Positions 9,819-19,989 of a stretch of 64,000 bases of DNA are shown here, in pieces. A program made the position numbers and the translations under genes. The first letter of the stretch is position 1. Each line of letters starts with the position of its first letter. The notes beneath the pieces are model-generated. The model saw only the letters and a program-made list of their open reading frames with translations. It was not told the origin of the DNA and did no database searches. Source of the stretch: an uncultured Acidimicrobiia bacterium (GTDB lineage: Bacteria; Acidobacteriota; Terriglobia; Versatilivoradales; Versatilivoraceae); assembly GCA_963786955.1 (NCBI GenBank), contig CAWBAT010000006.1, positions 384,001 to 448,000 on the forward strand, in the 5' to 3' direction.

Positions 9819-10316
9819 TTATGGCTTCATCGCCGCCACGAATTCTGGACAGGTGGCATACCGAATCCCACGGGGTAATGGCTCTACGATGTATTTTCCG
9901 TTCTCAAAGGGTAAAGATCTGCGTTCACACAGTGCGGACAAATTTTCTACTAGGCCCTGCCAATGAAAAAGACGCGCCAAGTATTCATCCCCACGATTTT
10001 CTTCAGCCAGATGATCCAACACGACACGCGAGCGAGCTCCTTGTTGGACGAAGCTCCAAATCCCGATACCATCGATGACACTTTTAAATTTGTGAACCAC
10101 CAACTGGTTTTTGACAACGGCCATGATCTGATATCCCGGGAAATAGGTGCCGGCGATTTCCCCGCCGACTCGAAATGAAGTCATGTGTGCCTCCGGGTCA
10201 TACCATTTCTGGAGCTTACGAGTTGTTGAAAAGCAGGAAAAACATTCAGCGACAGGCACAGAAAGGGGCTTTTCAAGATGAATGACCCGAATCGATTGCT
10301 CTTTTAGCTTTGGCAT
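9819..10316 (-). CDS. SRPBCC/AHSA1-like domain protein
   Basis: KLQKWY..FRVGG..WSF..VVLDH..WQGLVENLSALCE pattern. Confidence 0.65.
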   Translation of the reverse strand: MPKLKEQSIRVIHLEKPLSVPVAECFSCFSTTRKLQKWYDPEAHMTSFRVGGEIAGTYFPGYQIMAVVKNQLVVHKFKSVIDGIGIWSFVQQGARSRVVLDHLAEENRGDEYLARLFHWQGLVENLSALCERRSLPFENGKYIVEPLPRGIRYATCPEFVAAMKP

Positions 10317-10387
10317 TGGCTTGCCTTCCGTTACATTGAATTTGAGAAAACTTTTGTCCTTCGATCTCTACATGGCTTGGAGGAAAA

Positions 10388-10750
10388 ATGTCACGAGTGG
10401 TCCTTGGTCTGGTTGATGACCTCTTTTTTACAGCGAAGATCGCTGCCACGGCATCGCTCTGTGCCGTTTCGGTGACCTTCGCCAAGGATCAAGAAGACTT
10501 ATTGAAAACAGCGCGTGAGTTGACCCCTTCTCTGATTCTCATCGACTTGAGTAAAGAAACCCTCGGCCCCTTGAAAGCGATTCAATCCTTGAAGGCGGAT
10601 ACCGAACTACAGGCGATCCCAGTCATTGGCTTCTACTCTCATGTTCAAACGGAGCTCAAAGAGAAAGCGATACAGGCGGGTTGCAACACGGTCGTGCCCA
10701 GATCATTTTTTTCACAAAACCTGGCAATAATACTCTCGGACGGGGCTTAG
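10388..10750 (+). CDS. Stand-alone receiver-domain (CheY-like) protein, atypical
   Basis: VDD, LIDL and A..AGC pattern; the usual KP is replaced by PRS. Confidence 0.8.
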   Translation: MSRVVLGLVDDLFFTAKIAATASLCAVSVTFAKDQEDLLKTARELTPSLILIDLSKETLGPLKAIQSLKADTELQAIPVIGFYSHVQTELKEKAIQAGCNTVVPRSFFSQNLAIILSDGA

Positions 10751-10808
10751 AGGAAGAAGCACCCCAATTTGCAGAAATGGAGAATCGTGACGCCCACATT
10801 CACACCGG

Positions 10809-11093
10809 TCATGTTTCAACAATGTATTTGATCTGATCCTTGTAGATGAAAACGTTCGGATCGCTTCCGCGAGTCACACGAATAAAATTTTTGTCGTAGT
10901 ATTCAATCCACCCCTTGATTTCTTCATCGTTCGTCAATTTAACAAGGACTGGAACCTTGTTCTGAATCAGCCGCGTCAGGTAATGCACTTCGGCATTCGT
11001 TTGCTCTTCAACGCGCGACGATTTCAGGATCATCTCGGCAATGTAATCCCGCGGGCGCCCTGTGGAAGAAACTTTCCGATGTCTCCTCATCAT
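10809..11093 (-). CDS. Hfq-like (Sm-fold) RNA chaperone paralog 1
   Basis: VPVLVKLTNDEEIKGWIEYYDKNFI...FIYKDQIKYI aligns with the Hfq Sm1/Sm2 motifs. Confidence 0.75.
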   Translation of the reverse strand: MMRRHRKVSSTGRPRDYIAEMILKSSRVEEQTNAEVHYLTRLIQNKVPVLVKLTNDEEIKGWIEYYDKNFIRVTRGSDPNVFIYKDQIKYIVET

Positions 11094-11569
11094 TCTTGCA
11101 TCCTTTCTCTTGAGCTTCGCCTGCTTTTCAACATCCTTGAAAGATGTTAGTATCGGCGCTACTGGGTGTAGATGAGACTCCCGGCATGCAAATTGAAATT
11201 CCTATTTTAGGAATCTCGACACCCATTGCAACAAAGCTTTTCGAATCATATGTTAGGTAGACGGTGACGGACCCTCTTGCCCTCATCCGGGAGCATGTTT
11301 CAGCGGCTTCACTGGATTTAAACTCTTCGCCTTGTGCCTCAAGTTGGCCCGTCGGGATAAGATGCTGATACAAATCACTATAATCGGGTTGTCCAATGGA
11401 GAATTCTTAGAGAACTCTATTCATACACCTTTTTGGCGATGCAATCAAGCGTGTGGAAATAGGGGAAAAGCTTTCCATCTCAGAATCAAGAGTGGACTAT
11501 GACACCCCTAGCCGCTCCTGCGAAAACGCATACCCGAAGTTAAGCTTTGTTAGGAGCCCAGGAGGAGTG

Positions 11570-12880
11570 ATGCCTACGGTAACAATCGCCGAACTCTCGC
11601 GATTCGAAGGGCAGGAAGTCACGATCAAGGGATGGCTTTATAATATCCGCTCCAGCGGGAAAATCATATTCCCGATTATCCGCGATGGCTCGGGACTCGT
11701 GCAGACGATTATCCTCAAGAACGCGGTCTCTCCTGAAATCTTCGAAGCAGGCAGGTCTCTGACTCAGGAATCGTCCGTGGAAGTAACAGGAACGATTCGA
11801 AAGGTGCCGGAGGGAAAGACCGCCCCAGGAGGATACGAGTTGGATGTACGGGATCTAAAGATCCACCAGTTGGTGCCGGCACACCAACCCTTTCCGATCA
11901 CGCCTAAAGAGCATGGGGTTGAATTTTTAATGGATCACCGTCATTTGTGGATCCGCTCCTCCCACCAGCATGCCATTTTGAAAATCCGGCATGAAATCAT
12001 CAAGGCAGTTCGCAATTTTTTTGACGAGCGCGGTTTCACTTTGGTGGACACACCCATCTTTACCCCCGCTGCTTGCGAAGGCACCACAACCCTTTTTGAG
12101 GTGAGTTATTTTGAAGACAAAGCTTACCTGACTCAATCCGGGCAGCTCTACAACGAAGCAACTGTGGCGGCTTTTGGGAAAGTCTACTGCTTCGGCCCGA
12201 CGTTTCGGGCTGAGAAATCTAAAACAAGAAGACACCTGACGGAATTTTGGATGGTCGAGCCAGAAGTCGCCTTTGCTGGATTAGACGACATTATGGTCCT
12301 GGCGGAAGAATTCATCAGCGCCATCGTCAAATCGGTTTTGCTGACCCGCCGAAAAGAATTGGAAGTTTTGGGAAGGGATGTCACGAAATTGGAGAAAGTG
12401 GAGCCGCCATTCCCGCGCCTTCAATATGACGAAGCGATCAAGATCTTGCAGGAAAGCCAATCGGAGATTCAATGGGGGGGCGATTTAGGGGGCAGTGATG
12501 AAACGATTATTTCGGAAAAATTCGAGCGGCCCGTCATGGTTCATCGGTATCCCTCTCAAGTTAAGGCCTTTTATATGGAGCCGGACCCAGAACGACCCGA
12601 ATTGGCCTTATGCGTTGACGTCTTAGCACCGGAAGGGTACGGAGAAATCATCGGCGGAGGTCAACGCGTTTCGAGCCTTGACCTGCTGAATCACCGGATT
12701 GAAGAACACCGACTGCCACCCGAGGCCTTCGATTGGTACTTAGATCTTCGTAAGTTTGGAACATTTCCGCATGCGGGCTTTGGGATGGGAATTGAACGGG
12801 CTGTGGCGTGGATCTGCGGTCTGGAGCATGTTCGCGAGACAATTCCCTTCCCTCGTATGCTGTATCGGCTAAAACCATAA
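11570..12880 (+). CDS. asnS: Asparagine--tRNA ligase
   Basis: OB-fold N-terminus; [41 protein letters not shown]; GGAGG RBS. Confidence 0.96.
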   Translation: MPTVTIAELSRFEGQEVTIKGWLYNIRSSGKIIFPIIRDGSGLVQTIILKNAVSPEIFEAGRSLTQESSVEVTGTIRKVPEGKTAPGGYELDVRDLKIHQLVPAHQPFPITPKEHGVEFLMDHRHLWIRSSHQHAILKIRHEIIKAVRNFFDERGFTLVDTPIFTPAACEGTTTLFEVSYFEDKAYLTQSGQLYNEATVAAFGKVYCFGPTFRAEKSKTRRHLTEFWMVEPEVAFAGLDDIMVLAEEFISAIVKSVLLTRRKELEVLGRDVTKLEKVEPPFPRLQYDEAIKILQESQSEIQWGGDLGGSDETIISEKFERPVMVHRYPSQVKAFYMEPDPERPELALCVDVLAPEGYGEIIGGGQRVSSLDLLNHRIEEHRLPPEAFDWYLDLRKFGTFPHAGFGMGIERAVAWICGLEHVRETIPFPRMLYRLKP

Positions 12881-13003
12881 GCTCGGTGAGGTAGAGACGG
12901 GCCTCCTGGCCTTTCGATCGGTCCAAGGCCAAGTTTGCCGCATTCGAGCACGATTCGACAGGCGTGGACGCCTGCCGCGACTACGACGGCCAGGATTCAC
13001 TCT

Positions 13004-13912
13004 ATGAAACCAATTACCATCATTGGAGCACCGCTCGATTTAGGCGCCGGACGACGCGGGGTCGATATGGGCCCCAGTGCCTTAAGAGTTGCCGATCTCA
13101 GCCAGGTTCTGAAGGAACTCGGATATGAGGTCCAGGACGTGGGGGACGTCCCGGTCAGCATCCGCGAGACGCTGAAATCAGAGGGCGGGACGAGCAAGTA
13201 CTTAAAAGAAATTACGGATACTTGCCTTCAGCTGGCCTCGATGGTGGAAAAAACGCTCAAGGACAGACGGCTTCCCATTATCTTGGGGGGCGACCACTCC
13301 ATTGCAATGGGAACCTTGGCAGGAGTGGCCAAATACTTTCATCCTCTCGGGGAATCAATAGGCTTGATATGGTTCGACGCCCATGCCGATTTCAACACTC
13401 CGGAATCCTCCCCTAGCGGGAATGTCCACGGAATGCCACTGGCGGCCTCGGTGGGTATTGGGCCGGAAGAATTGACGATGCTTGGGGGCATGTGCCCAAA
13501 GGTAAAACCTCAAAACGCGGTCCTTGTAGGAGTCAGAAACATCGACATAGAAGAAAAGAAATTATTGGCGTCTTCGGCAGTAAGAGTTTTTACGATGCGG
13601 GATATTGATGAGCGCGGAATGCGCAGCGTTACCGAGGAAGCGATTCGGATCGCCTCTCAGCAAACCACAGGATTTGCCGTCTCCTGGGACATGGATTTTT
13701 TGGATCCGGCTTTTGCCCCAGGTGTGGGGACACCCGTCAAAGGTGGGGTATCTTATCGTGAAGCTCATCTCGCGATGGAGATGATCGCGGATACCAACAA
13801 ACTCGTCTCACTGGAAGTGGTTGAGGTGAATCCTGTCTTAGATCACATGAACACAACGGCAATCCTAGGGGTCGAACTCATTCAATCTGCCTTAGGAAAG
13901 AAAATTCTTTAA
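13004..13912 (+). CDS. rocF: Arginase
   Basis: GGDHS, DAHADFN, SGNVHGMP, DMDFLDP, EVNP. Confidence 0.95.
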   Translation: MKPITIIGAPLDLGAGRRGVDMGPSALRVADLSQVLKELGYEVQDVGDVPVSIRETLKSEGGTSKYLKEITDTCLQLASMVEKTLKDRRLPIILGGDHSIAMGTLAGVAKYFHPLGESIGLIWFDAHADFNTPESSPSGNVHGMPLAASVGIGPEELTMLGGMCPKVKPQNAVLVGVRNIDIEEKKLLASSAVRVFTMRDIDERGMRSVTEEAIRIASQQTTGFAVSWDMDFLDPAFAPGVGTPVKGGVSYREAHLAMEMIADTNKLVSLEVVEVNPVLDHMNTTAILGVELIQSALGKKIL

Positions 13913-13925
13913 GGGGCTTTATCCG

Positions 13926-15029
13926 ATGGAAAAACTCGTTGTAGGTCTGCTCTTTGGTGGCAAATCCGGAGAGCACGAAGTTTCCTTGCGCTCTGCAGAA
14001 TCAATCCTTCGAGCACTTGACCGTAACCGATATACCGTGGTTCCTGTTGGAATTACTAAAGAAGGAGAATGGCGGGCAGGACCCACTTTTTCAGACGCTG
14101 ATTTCCCTGATAATCTTCGAAGCGGCAGCTCGGTGTTTCTCCCTACCAAGCCTTCGGATCGTTTCACGCTGCAAATTTCTTCCTCTGAGAAAAAACCGGG
14201 GAATCGATTGAGCCTTGATGTCGTATTCCCAGCTCTCCATGGAACTTATGGGGAAGATGGCACACTTCAAGGGTTGCTGGAAATGGCCAATATCCCTTAT
14301 GTCGGGGCGGGTGTTCTGGGTTCATCTGCGGGAATGGATAAGGATGTGACGAAGCGTTTGCTGCGAGACGCCGGGCTACCGATCGTTGAATTTGTGTCGG
14401 TCCTGGATTCCCAATGGCAGAGTCAGGCGGAAGACATTTGCACGTTGATTGATTCAAAGATCGGCTACACCTGTTTCGTGAAACCCGCAAATTTGGGGTC
14501 ATCGGTAGGGATCAGTAAGGTCAAACGTCGTGAGGAACTTTCGATTGCGATGGATTTAGCTGTCCAATATGATCGAAAGGTGATCATCGAGAGAGGAGTC
14601 AATGCCCGAGAAATCGAGTGTTCGGTCCTGGGAAACGACGATCCAGTCGCTTCCCTACCCGGAGAGATCATCCCATCGAATGAGTTCTACGATTACAGTG
14701 CCAAATATATTGATGAAGGCTCTCGGTTAGTGATTCCTGCTTCACTAGAACAATCGCAAATAAAGGCCATTCAAGAACTGGCTGTGAAAACTTTTCTGGC
14801 CACAGAATGCGCGGGGATGGCAAGAGTTGATTTTTTTGTGGACAAGCAAACCGGCAAGATTCAAGTAAATGAAATTAATACGATCCCCGGTTTCACTTCC
14901 ATCAGCATGTACCCGAAACTTTGGGAAGCGAGTGGGCTTGGATATTCAGAATTGCTCGACAAACTGATCGGTTTCGCGATCGAGCGCCATCAGGCGAAGC
15001 AATCCAAAAAGACTAGCTACGAACCATAA
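13926..15029 (+). CDS. ddl: D-alanine--D-alanine ligase
   Basis: GGKSGEHEVS, HGTYGEDG, GSSVG, FYDYSAKY, EINTIPGFT. Confidence 0.97.
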   Translation: MEKLVVGLLFGGKSGEHEVSLRSAESILRALDRNRYTVVPVGITKEGEWRAGPTFSDADFPDNLRSGSSVFLPTKPSDRFTLQISSSEKKPGNRLSLDVVFPALHGTYGEDGTLQGLLEMANIPYVGAGVLGSSAGMDKDVTKRLLRDAGLPIVEFVSVLDSQWQSQAEDICTLIDSKIGYTCFVKPANLGSSVGISKVKRREELSIAMDLAVQYDRKVIIERGVNAREIECSVLGNDDPVASLPGEIIPSNEFYDYSAKYIDEGSRLVIPASLEQSQIKAIQELAVKTFLATECAGMARVDFFVDKQTGKIQVNEINTIPGFTSISMYPKLWEASGLGYSELLDKLIGFAIERHQAKQSKKTSYEP

Positions 15030-15039
15030 TCTATCAGCC

Positions 15040-15620
15040 ATGGAGACCCGGCCTACAACGCTCCGGGCCGCATGAAATCACGGGGGTTGCGGCAGTGGTA
15101 GCCACGGTCAGAGTTTTCTCCTGACCGTGGGCTTTTGGCGGATGGTTACGATGACCTTCATTGGTATCTCAAAGAGTCGGCAGCGCAGAGTCGATTTTTG
15201 ACTTTGCGGCTTTTTGAAACGCGTGAAAAGAAACGCCGCGGACCCGGAAATCGGGTCCACGCTACAGTCGCGCAAAGCCGCGGAGCGGCGATCTGTGTAT
15301 AGAATATGATGCTTGCTAAGGATCAGAGCTCCGTCAAGTGCGACCTGGGAGATCCCAACGCCTCGGGTGGCGAAGACATCGTTTTGCGATGTCTTCGATT
15401 CTATTGGGAAAGCAGCACTTTCGATTAGGCATGCAAAGGAAGAGCAAGAAGAAATTAATCTAAGACCGTTCTTCCGCTTAAAGAAGATTCCAAGACTTAC
15501 CGCAAAGATTCAATCATCTAACTAAGTTCGGCACTGTTCTCTATTCTCTCATTTCTCTTTCATTTCCTATCTGCTTCGAAGACATGCAAAGGGCGCATGT
15601 CTTCGCCACCCGCGGGATTA
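15040..15620. repeat. Cluster of palindromic REP-like elements between convergent genes
   Basis: GTAG-CCACGGTCAG..CTGACCGTGG; GGACCCG..CGGGTCC followed by GCTAC; inverted pair CGGGTGGCGAAGACAT (~15364) and ATGTCTTCGCCACCCG (~15597). Confidence 0.65.
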
Positions 15621-15625
15621 CTCAT

Positions 15626-16966
15626 TCAACCCAGGATTTGTTCGGTGGCGCATTTCCCCTGCAATATCGCATCTTCCATACCGGAGTACTCCCACGAACC
15701 GTATCGCCCAATGGTGATAATGCCTCTCTCTCTGGCGTAGGCGCGAATTAATTCCACTGACTTGCGGTACTCATGGTCGAAGAGAACGTAGGCGAAAGGA
15801 ATATCAAGTGAGAGTTCAGCCAGGATCTGATCATCGTTCCGAAGGATCCCACAGCTTTGTAGGTCTAGTTTGACGCGTTCAATGATTGAAGCCTTATCCA
15901 GAGGCTTCCATTGGGAATAGGCGACCTCGACGTAGATTGCCCCTTTCCCCTCAGGCGCTTGATGGGGAGAAAAATTGTGCGAAAAACCCACCCGGTAGAA
16001 GCAAAATTTCGGCTCCGGGAAATAGACCCAATGCTTGTCGCCCGGATTCCGATCAATTCCGAAATTCAAGTTAAGGACAGAGACGGCGCGCAGTCGCGAA
16101 CAGGCACGGACCACGGAATCCGGAGGGTTCTGAATCGAGCGGATCAGGCTGGGTAAAGGGATTGACGTAATGAGGTGGTCGTAACGAATGCTTTCCCCGT
16201 TCTTGAATCTCAAGACCCGTTTCAGAGGATCCAGTTCAGTCAGCTCATGACCCACATGGAGGTTTTGAAGCCCTGCTGAAAAAGCCCGTGGTAAAGACTC
16301 GATGCCTCCTCGCAGCGGGTAGCCAAACTGAGCATTGTACCCGATACCATCCGACTGATCTCGTAAGGCCCCATCCAGAATCTGTTCCAGCGATGTTGTG
16401 GGAACAAATCTTCCCATCCATTCACAGGTCAATTGATCGAGTGGAACGGTCCATAGTTTCTCGTTGTAGGGAGTCATGAAATGCTGTGAGATCCCTTCCC
16501 CTAAGGTTTGCCTGGCCCAATCTGCGAAATTTTTGTAGCTATCAACCGCCAGCCGGGGCGCCACGGACTGTTCGATTCGATTGGCTGGAGCTTTGACAAA
16601 CCCCGCGACACACTCTTTGATCACCTCGGCAGGAAGACCGTAAAGGTTCGTTTGAAAAGGGTAACGCGTGTAACGTTCTTTCGAGAAAATCCAAGAATTC
16701 CTCTTCAAATAATGAAGGTTATCATTCAGTAGTGTAGACACGAGTTGCTTTACTTCTTCATTTCTGAAGTGGAGAAGATGACCCGTAAAGTCAAAAGTGA
16801 ATCCATTGATTTTCTCCGAGCGAGTCAGCCCCCCGACCCTATTTTCCTTTTCAAAGAGGTGACAGTTCGAGACGCCTGCCTGGCGCATATGGTACATGGC
16901 GCTTAAACCAGCCAATCCTCCGCCCAATACGACGACAGTCCCTTCGCTGGATTTTCTTTTTTCCAT
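15626..16966 (-). CDS. FAD-dependent oxidoreductase (protoporphyrinogen oxidase/UDP-galactopyranose mutase-like)
   Basis: GGGLAGL, EKENRVGG, FDFTGH, PYNEKLW, GRYGSWEY. Confidence 0.85.
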   Translation of the reverse strand: MEKRKSSEGTVVVLGGGLAGLSAMYHMRQAGVSNCHLFEKENRVGGLTRSEKINGFTFDFTGHLLHFRNEEVKQLVSTLLNDNLHYLKRNSWIFSKERYTRYPFQTNLYGLPAEVIKECVAGFVKAPANRIEQSVAPRLAVDSYKNFADWARQTLGEGISQHFMTPYNEKLWTVPLDQLTCEWMGRFVPTTSLEQILDGALRDQSDGIGYNAQFGYPLRGGIESLPRAFSAGLQNLHVGHELTELDPLKRVLRFKNGESIRYDHLITSIPLPSLIRSIQNPPDSVVRACSRLRAVSVLNLNFGIDRNPGDKHWVYFPEPKFCFYRVGFSHNFSPHQAPEGKGAIYVEVAYSQWKPLDKASIIERVKLDLQSCGILRNDDQILAELSLDIPFAYVLFDHEYRKSVELIRAYARERGIITIGRYGSWEYSGMEDAILQGKCATEQILG

Positions 16967-17138
16967 GATGCGTTTGAGTTTCGGATTTCTTGGATTCTTA
17001 CGCCGGCTTCAACGGAGGAGGAGCACTGAATGTTTTCAGCGAGTGCCGGCTCAATTCCGTTTGGAAACAAGCTGATTCTCGCTATAATCTCCGCGCTTCA
17101 GCAGGCTTATCGGCACGCTTTGTTCTTCAGATTATTCG

Positions 17139-18131
17139 ATGGATAACTTGACTCACACACTCTATGGATTTGCTTTGGCAAAAGCCGGATTGGATCGAAC
17201 CTCGCGGCATGCCACGTCCGCTATACTTATCGGGGCTAATCTTCCCGACATCGATTTGGCTACCATTATGGGGGGACAGATCAATTACTTGCGCTATCAC
17301 CGTGGAGTGACCCATTCACTTTTTGGAATCGCGATTGAATCTGTCCTTCTGAGCCTTTTCTTCATGAGTTTTGAAAGGCCGGAAACTCCCTGGAAACGGC
17401 TGTTGTTGTTTTTCTGGCTCTTTCTCGCCAGCCTATTCGGCACGGGTAGCCACCTTTTCCTCGACTATACCAACAGCTACGGAATTCGTCCTTTTTTGCC
17501 TTTCCAATCAGAATGGTATTCCTTGGACACAGTCTTTATTATCGATCCCTGGATTCTGTTTTTCTTCCTGATCGGGTTGGGGATGACATATCTCTTCAGA
17601 TTAATTAATCAGGAAATTGGAGCTCGGCCCACCAGTTTGCGAAGTGGGGCGATATTATCATTGATCCTGATTTCAGGATATTGGGTTACCAAAGAGGTTT
17701 CGCATCATTCGGCACTTAGGGAACTGGAAAGCCAACCTTATGCCGACGGAGAGCCCCTTAGCATTGGCGCCTTTCCTCAATTCATGAACCCTTTTGCATG
17801 GCATGGTGTTGTCGAGACGCCTCGAGCTTTCCATTTGCGCTTCGCCGGATGGAATCCGTTTCAGTCCCTTCATCCAGAAGAAAGGATTCGGTCATTCTAT
17901 AAGCCTGAGCAAAAAGAGATTCTTCAGGCCGTAAGTCAGGGGGATGAGGCCAAAACATTCCTTAACTTCGCGAGATACCCTTTCTTCCAAATATTGCCAA
18001 TTCCAACTGGGTTTGAAGTAGAGGCCAGAGACCTCCGCTTTGAATTTGCCACTCGAATTCGAAAAGGCTTTCGATACCGGGCTGAACTCGACAGCCGTTT
18101 GAATATCCTTTCGGAAAACTTCCGATTTTGA
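17139..18131 (+). CDS. Membrane-bound metal-dependent hydrolase (YdjM-like)
   Basis: MDNLTH, LPDID, HRGVTHS, SHLFLD..NSYG. Confidence 0.9.
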   Translation: MDNLTHTLYGFALAKAGLDRTSRHATSAILIGANLPDIDLATIMGGQINYLRYHRGVTHSLFGIAIESVLLSLFFMSFERPETPWKRLLLFFWLFLASLFGTGSHLFLDYTNSYGIRPFLPFQSEWYSLDTVFIIDPWILFFFLIGLGMTYLFRLINQEIGARPTSLRSGAILSLILISGYWVTKEVSHHSALRELESQPYADGEPLSIGAFPQFMNPFAWHGVVETPRAFHLRFAGWNPFQSLHPEERIRSFYKPEQKEILQAVSQGDEAKTFLNFARYPFFQILPIPTGFEVEARDLRFEFATRIRKGFRYRAELDSRLNILSENFRF

Positions 18132-18138
18132 GAAACCC

Positions 18139-18759
18139 GTGAAAACACTCATCAAAAAAGCTCAAGGTTTCTTTCTTGCTCTCACAGGCCCTTTGGGGGG
18201 ATGGGCTTTATTGATCATTGCCTTCCTAGACTCCTCGTTTCTCTCTTTTCCAGAAGTCAATGATATCCTCATTGTCACTCTATCTATTGAGAAGCCGGAA
18301 CGGATGCTGTACTACGCCACCATGACGACACTCGGCTCGATTGCAGGATGTCTCATGCTTTTTTGGACCGGTCGAAAAGGTGGAGAGGTCCTATTGCGCA
18401 AGAGATTCGCTGAACATCAAATTGCGGCTGTCCAACGTTGGTACCGCAAATATGGCATCTTCGCTGTCATGATTCCATCCATCCTCCCCCCCCCAACTCC
18501 TTTTAAGATTTTCGTCTTATTTGCGGGAGCTTTTAAAGTCAGAACCGGAGTATTCATTGTGGCCATTGCACTTGGCCGTGGGTTCCGCTACTTCTTGGAA
18601 GGCAGCCTGGCTGTTCGCTACGGGAAGGAAGCCATCCACACCATGGAACGAAACTACCCGCAAATCGCAGGGGGCGTCGTAGGGGTTTTGCTTCTGGCGG
18701 GGTTGGCACTTTACCTCTGGCGCCGCAAGCACGGTGCTAACCGAATGAGCGAGAATTGA
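18139..18759 (+). CDS. DedA/YqaA (VTT domain) membrane protein
   Basis: FLDSSF, GSIAG..GRKGG, PPTPFKIF..AG, GRGFRY. Confidence 0.9.
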   Translation: MKTLIKKAQGFFLALTGPLGGWALLIIAFLDSSFLSFPEVNDILIVTLSIEKPERMLYYATMTTLGSIAGCLMLFWTGRKGGEVLLRKRFAEHQIAAVQRWYRKYGIFAVMIPSILPPPTPFKIFVLFAGAFKVRTGVFIVAIALGRGFRYFLEGSLAVRYGKEAIHTMERNYPQIAGGVVGVLLLAGLALYLWRRKHGANRMSEN

Positions 18760-18768
18760 ACTTAGAGA

Positions 18769-19974
18769 TTGACGGGCTCTGGCCAGTTTGCTACGTTTAC
18801 TCCTTTTGAGGCTATGCCTAGAGTCTGTTTCCCATTGATTAATCTAAAGTTAGGTCTAAAAAAACCGCACGAAGTCAAGTTACACTTTGGGTCATCCTCG
18901 ATTCATTCCTCTTCACACCCAGCCCCTCCCCAAGGAAGAGAATGTGTGAAAGAATTCCGCCGAGTCGAGGGACCCGGCCTACAACATGGTGGCAGGCCCT
19001 TTGAAATCATTGTAGGCCGCATTCCCTCACGCGGCGATTTCCAATTTTTCCACACCTTCGGAGCGGCTCGTAGTGAGGGGAGAGTTGTCACAAAACTAAC
19101 TGCATTTGCCCTAGTTCTCATCTACACTCTTACTATTCTTCTAGGTGGCTGTAGCTGGTTCCGGGTGAAGGTTGTCCGCCCGGTTCCTGCCAATGAGAAG
19201 CCGCTTCCTGCTAAGACTGCCAGCTTGACCGAGTTGATTGAGCGGATTAACGCCGTCGCTGATAGCACCAACTCTCTAAAGCTTAATGTCATTTATCAAC
19301 TCTCCGGCTCACTCACTACCGGTGAGATAGCGGATTACCGGGAAACAGAAGGATTCATCCTTTTGAAGAAACCGGGCTTTATCCGGTTGATTGGTCTGGC
19401 CTTCAAGGTGAAAGTTTTCGACATGGTCTCAGACGGGAAGGATTTCCATATCTATATTCCACCCAAGAATAAATATATTTATGGATTCAATGACCAAAAG
19501 ATCAAGCCGCGCAAAGAAATTCCAGTAAACTTAAGGCCTCAGCATGTTTTCAGTGCGCTGATGATTGCCCCATTACAGCCTAACCGAGATCAGGAACGTA
19601 TTAGTCTGGAAGAGGATGAGGAGGGGAAAAGGAAATATTATATTGTGAGCCTCTCAAGAGAAATTGGGAGTGGGTTGATCGCCTTTGAGCGAAAACTTTG
19701 GATTGACCGATTTGATCTCCGAATCGTGCGACAAAAGTACTATGATCTGGAAGGAAAAGTTCGAACGGATGTGATCTTTAACAACTTTCAAAATTATCAA
19801 GGAAAAGACTACCCTTCAATCATTGATTTCCGTCGCCCACAGGATCAATACTCTTTGCGAATCCGTGTGAACAAAGCTTCCATCAACCCCAATCTCACTG
19901 ACGACCAATTCACGCTCGAACAACCCGCAGGGAGTGAACTGGTGGATCTCACCAAAGAAACCGCTCCAAATTAA
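18769..19974 (+). CDS. LolA-like fold outer-membrane lipoprotein
   Basis: Lipobox LLGGC near 19150; LLKKPGFIRL, KLWID, INPNLTDDQF. The true start is probably near 19085, so the listed start is too far upstream. Confidence 0.7.
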   Translation: MTGSGQFATFTPFEAMPRVCFPLINLKLGLKKPHEVKLHFGSSSIHSSSHPAPPQGRECVKEFRRVEGPGLQHGGRPFEIIVGRIPSRGDFQFFHTFGAARSEGRVVTKLTAFALVLIYTLTILLGGCSWFRVKVVRPVPANEKPLPAKTASLTELIERINAVADSTNSLKLNVIYQLSGSLTTGEIADYRETEGFILLKKPGFIRLIGLAFKVKVFDMVSDGKDFHIYIPPKNKYIYGFNDQKIKPRKEIPVNLRPQHVFSALMIAPLQPNRDQERISLEEDEEGKRKYYIVSLSREIGSGLIAFERKLWIDRFDLRIVRQKYYDLEGKVRTDVIFNNFQNYQGKDYPSIIDFRRPQDQYSLRIRVNKASINPNLTDDQFTLEQPAGSELVDLTKETAPN

Positions 19975-19989
19975 GATGAGAAGACGCGA

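Noticed and set aside
13926-15029. Vancomycin-resistance D-Ala-D-Lac ligase
   Set aside because: The omega loop has YSAKY (Tyr), typical of D-Ala-D-Ala ligases, and no van cluster genes are nearby.
15313-15525. 70-aa ORF in the ddl downstream region
   Set aside because: It overlaps palindromic repeats and has no RBS or recognisable motif.
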